DNA from: Candidatus Micrarchaeota archaeon
GTDB taxonomy: Archaea > Micrarchaeota > Micrarchaeia > Norongarragalinales > UBA8480
Direction of reading: 5' to 3'
Assembly (NCBI GenBank): GCA_043805855.1
Contig: JAZDHP010000006.1
Coordinates: 1-15,560, forward strand
Length of the DNA stretch: 15,560 bases
The notes under the pieces were generated by a model that worked only from the letters and a program-made list of their open reading frames with translations, was not told the DNA's origin and made no database searches. Both the position numbers and the translations under genes were made by a program. Position 1 is the first letter of the stretch, and every line of letters starts with the position of its first letter. Positions 15,482 to 15,560 of the stretch are shown here, piece after piece.

Positions 15482-15519
15482 TCCGCTCGGGGCTATATTT
15501 TTCTTATACGTGAAACAAA

Positions 15520-15560
15520 ATGGACTGCATTTTCTGCGAGATTGTAAAGGGAAAAATACC
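15520..15560 (+). CDS. HIT-family protein, 5' end only
   Basis: Not in the ORF track. ATG 15520 reads MDCIFCEIVKGKI(P), the characteristic CxFCxIxxGxIP N-terminus of HIT hydrolases. Runs off the window. Confidence 0.85.
   Translation, partial: MDCIFCEIVKGKI

Larger units (their letters stand above)
15235..15495 (+). tRNA. trnQ: tRNA-Gln(UUG) with three introns; exons 15235-15249, 15314-15336, 15403-15423, 15482-15495; CCA not encoded
   Basis: The joined exons give the 73-mer AGCCCCGTCGTCTAG|TGGTCAAGGATACGGGCCTTTGG|AGCCTGCGACAGCGGTTCGAA|TCCGCTCGGGGCTA. Acceptor AGCCCCG/CGGGGCT (A1-U72, as in archaeal Gln), D stem GTCT/GGAT, anticodon stem CGGGC/GCCTG with loop CT-TTG-GA, T stem AGCGG/CCGCT with loop TTCGAAT. 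Confidence 0.95.

Overview
Low-GC, gene-dense archaeal window. TATA/BRE promoters, GAGGTG-type ribosome-binding sites, an A1-U72 tRNA-Gln with bulge-helix-bulge (BHB) introns and a split transketolase suggest a DPANN-type archaeon (inference). In order, it contains: the 3' end of a class I/II aminotransferase; a PEP-utiliser phospho-His mobile-domain protein coupled to rpe; an inverted AbrB/RelE toxin-antitoxin pair with a palindromic operator; a two-subunit transketolase; a 17-aa Lys-rich micro-ORF missed by the ORF track; an M14-like orphan; glutaredoxin; and a geranylgeranyl-reductase-family flavoprotein. Next come a tight minus-strand operon encoding a three-protein citrate-cleavage system (citryl-CoA synthetase large and small subunits plus citryl-CoA lyase) with a degenerate HD protein inside it, a second PEP-utiliser mobile-domain protein with a kinase-like orphan, Hsp20, a SAM methyltransferase, and the start of a HIT protein. 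The standout is 15235-15495: a tRNA-Gln(UUG) split into four exons by three 58-66 nt introns (15/16, 37/38, 59/60), each with BHB-type junctions. The introns share palindromic motifs and carry sequences complementary to the tRNA's own anticodon arm.
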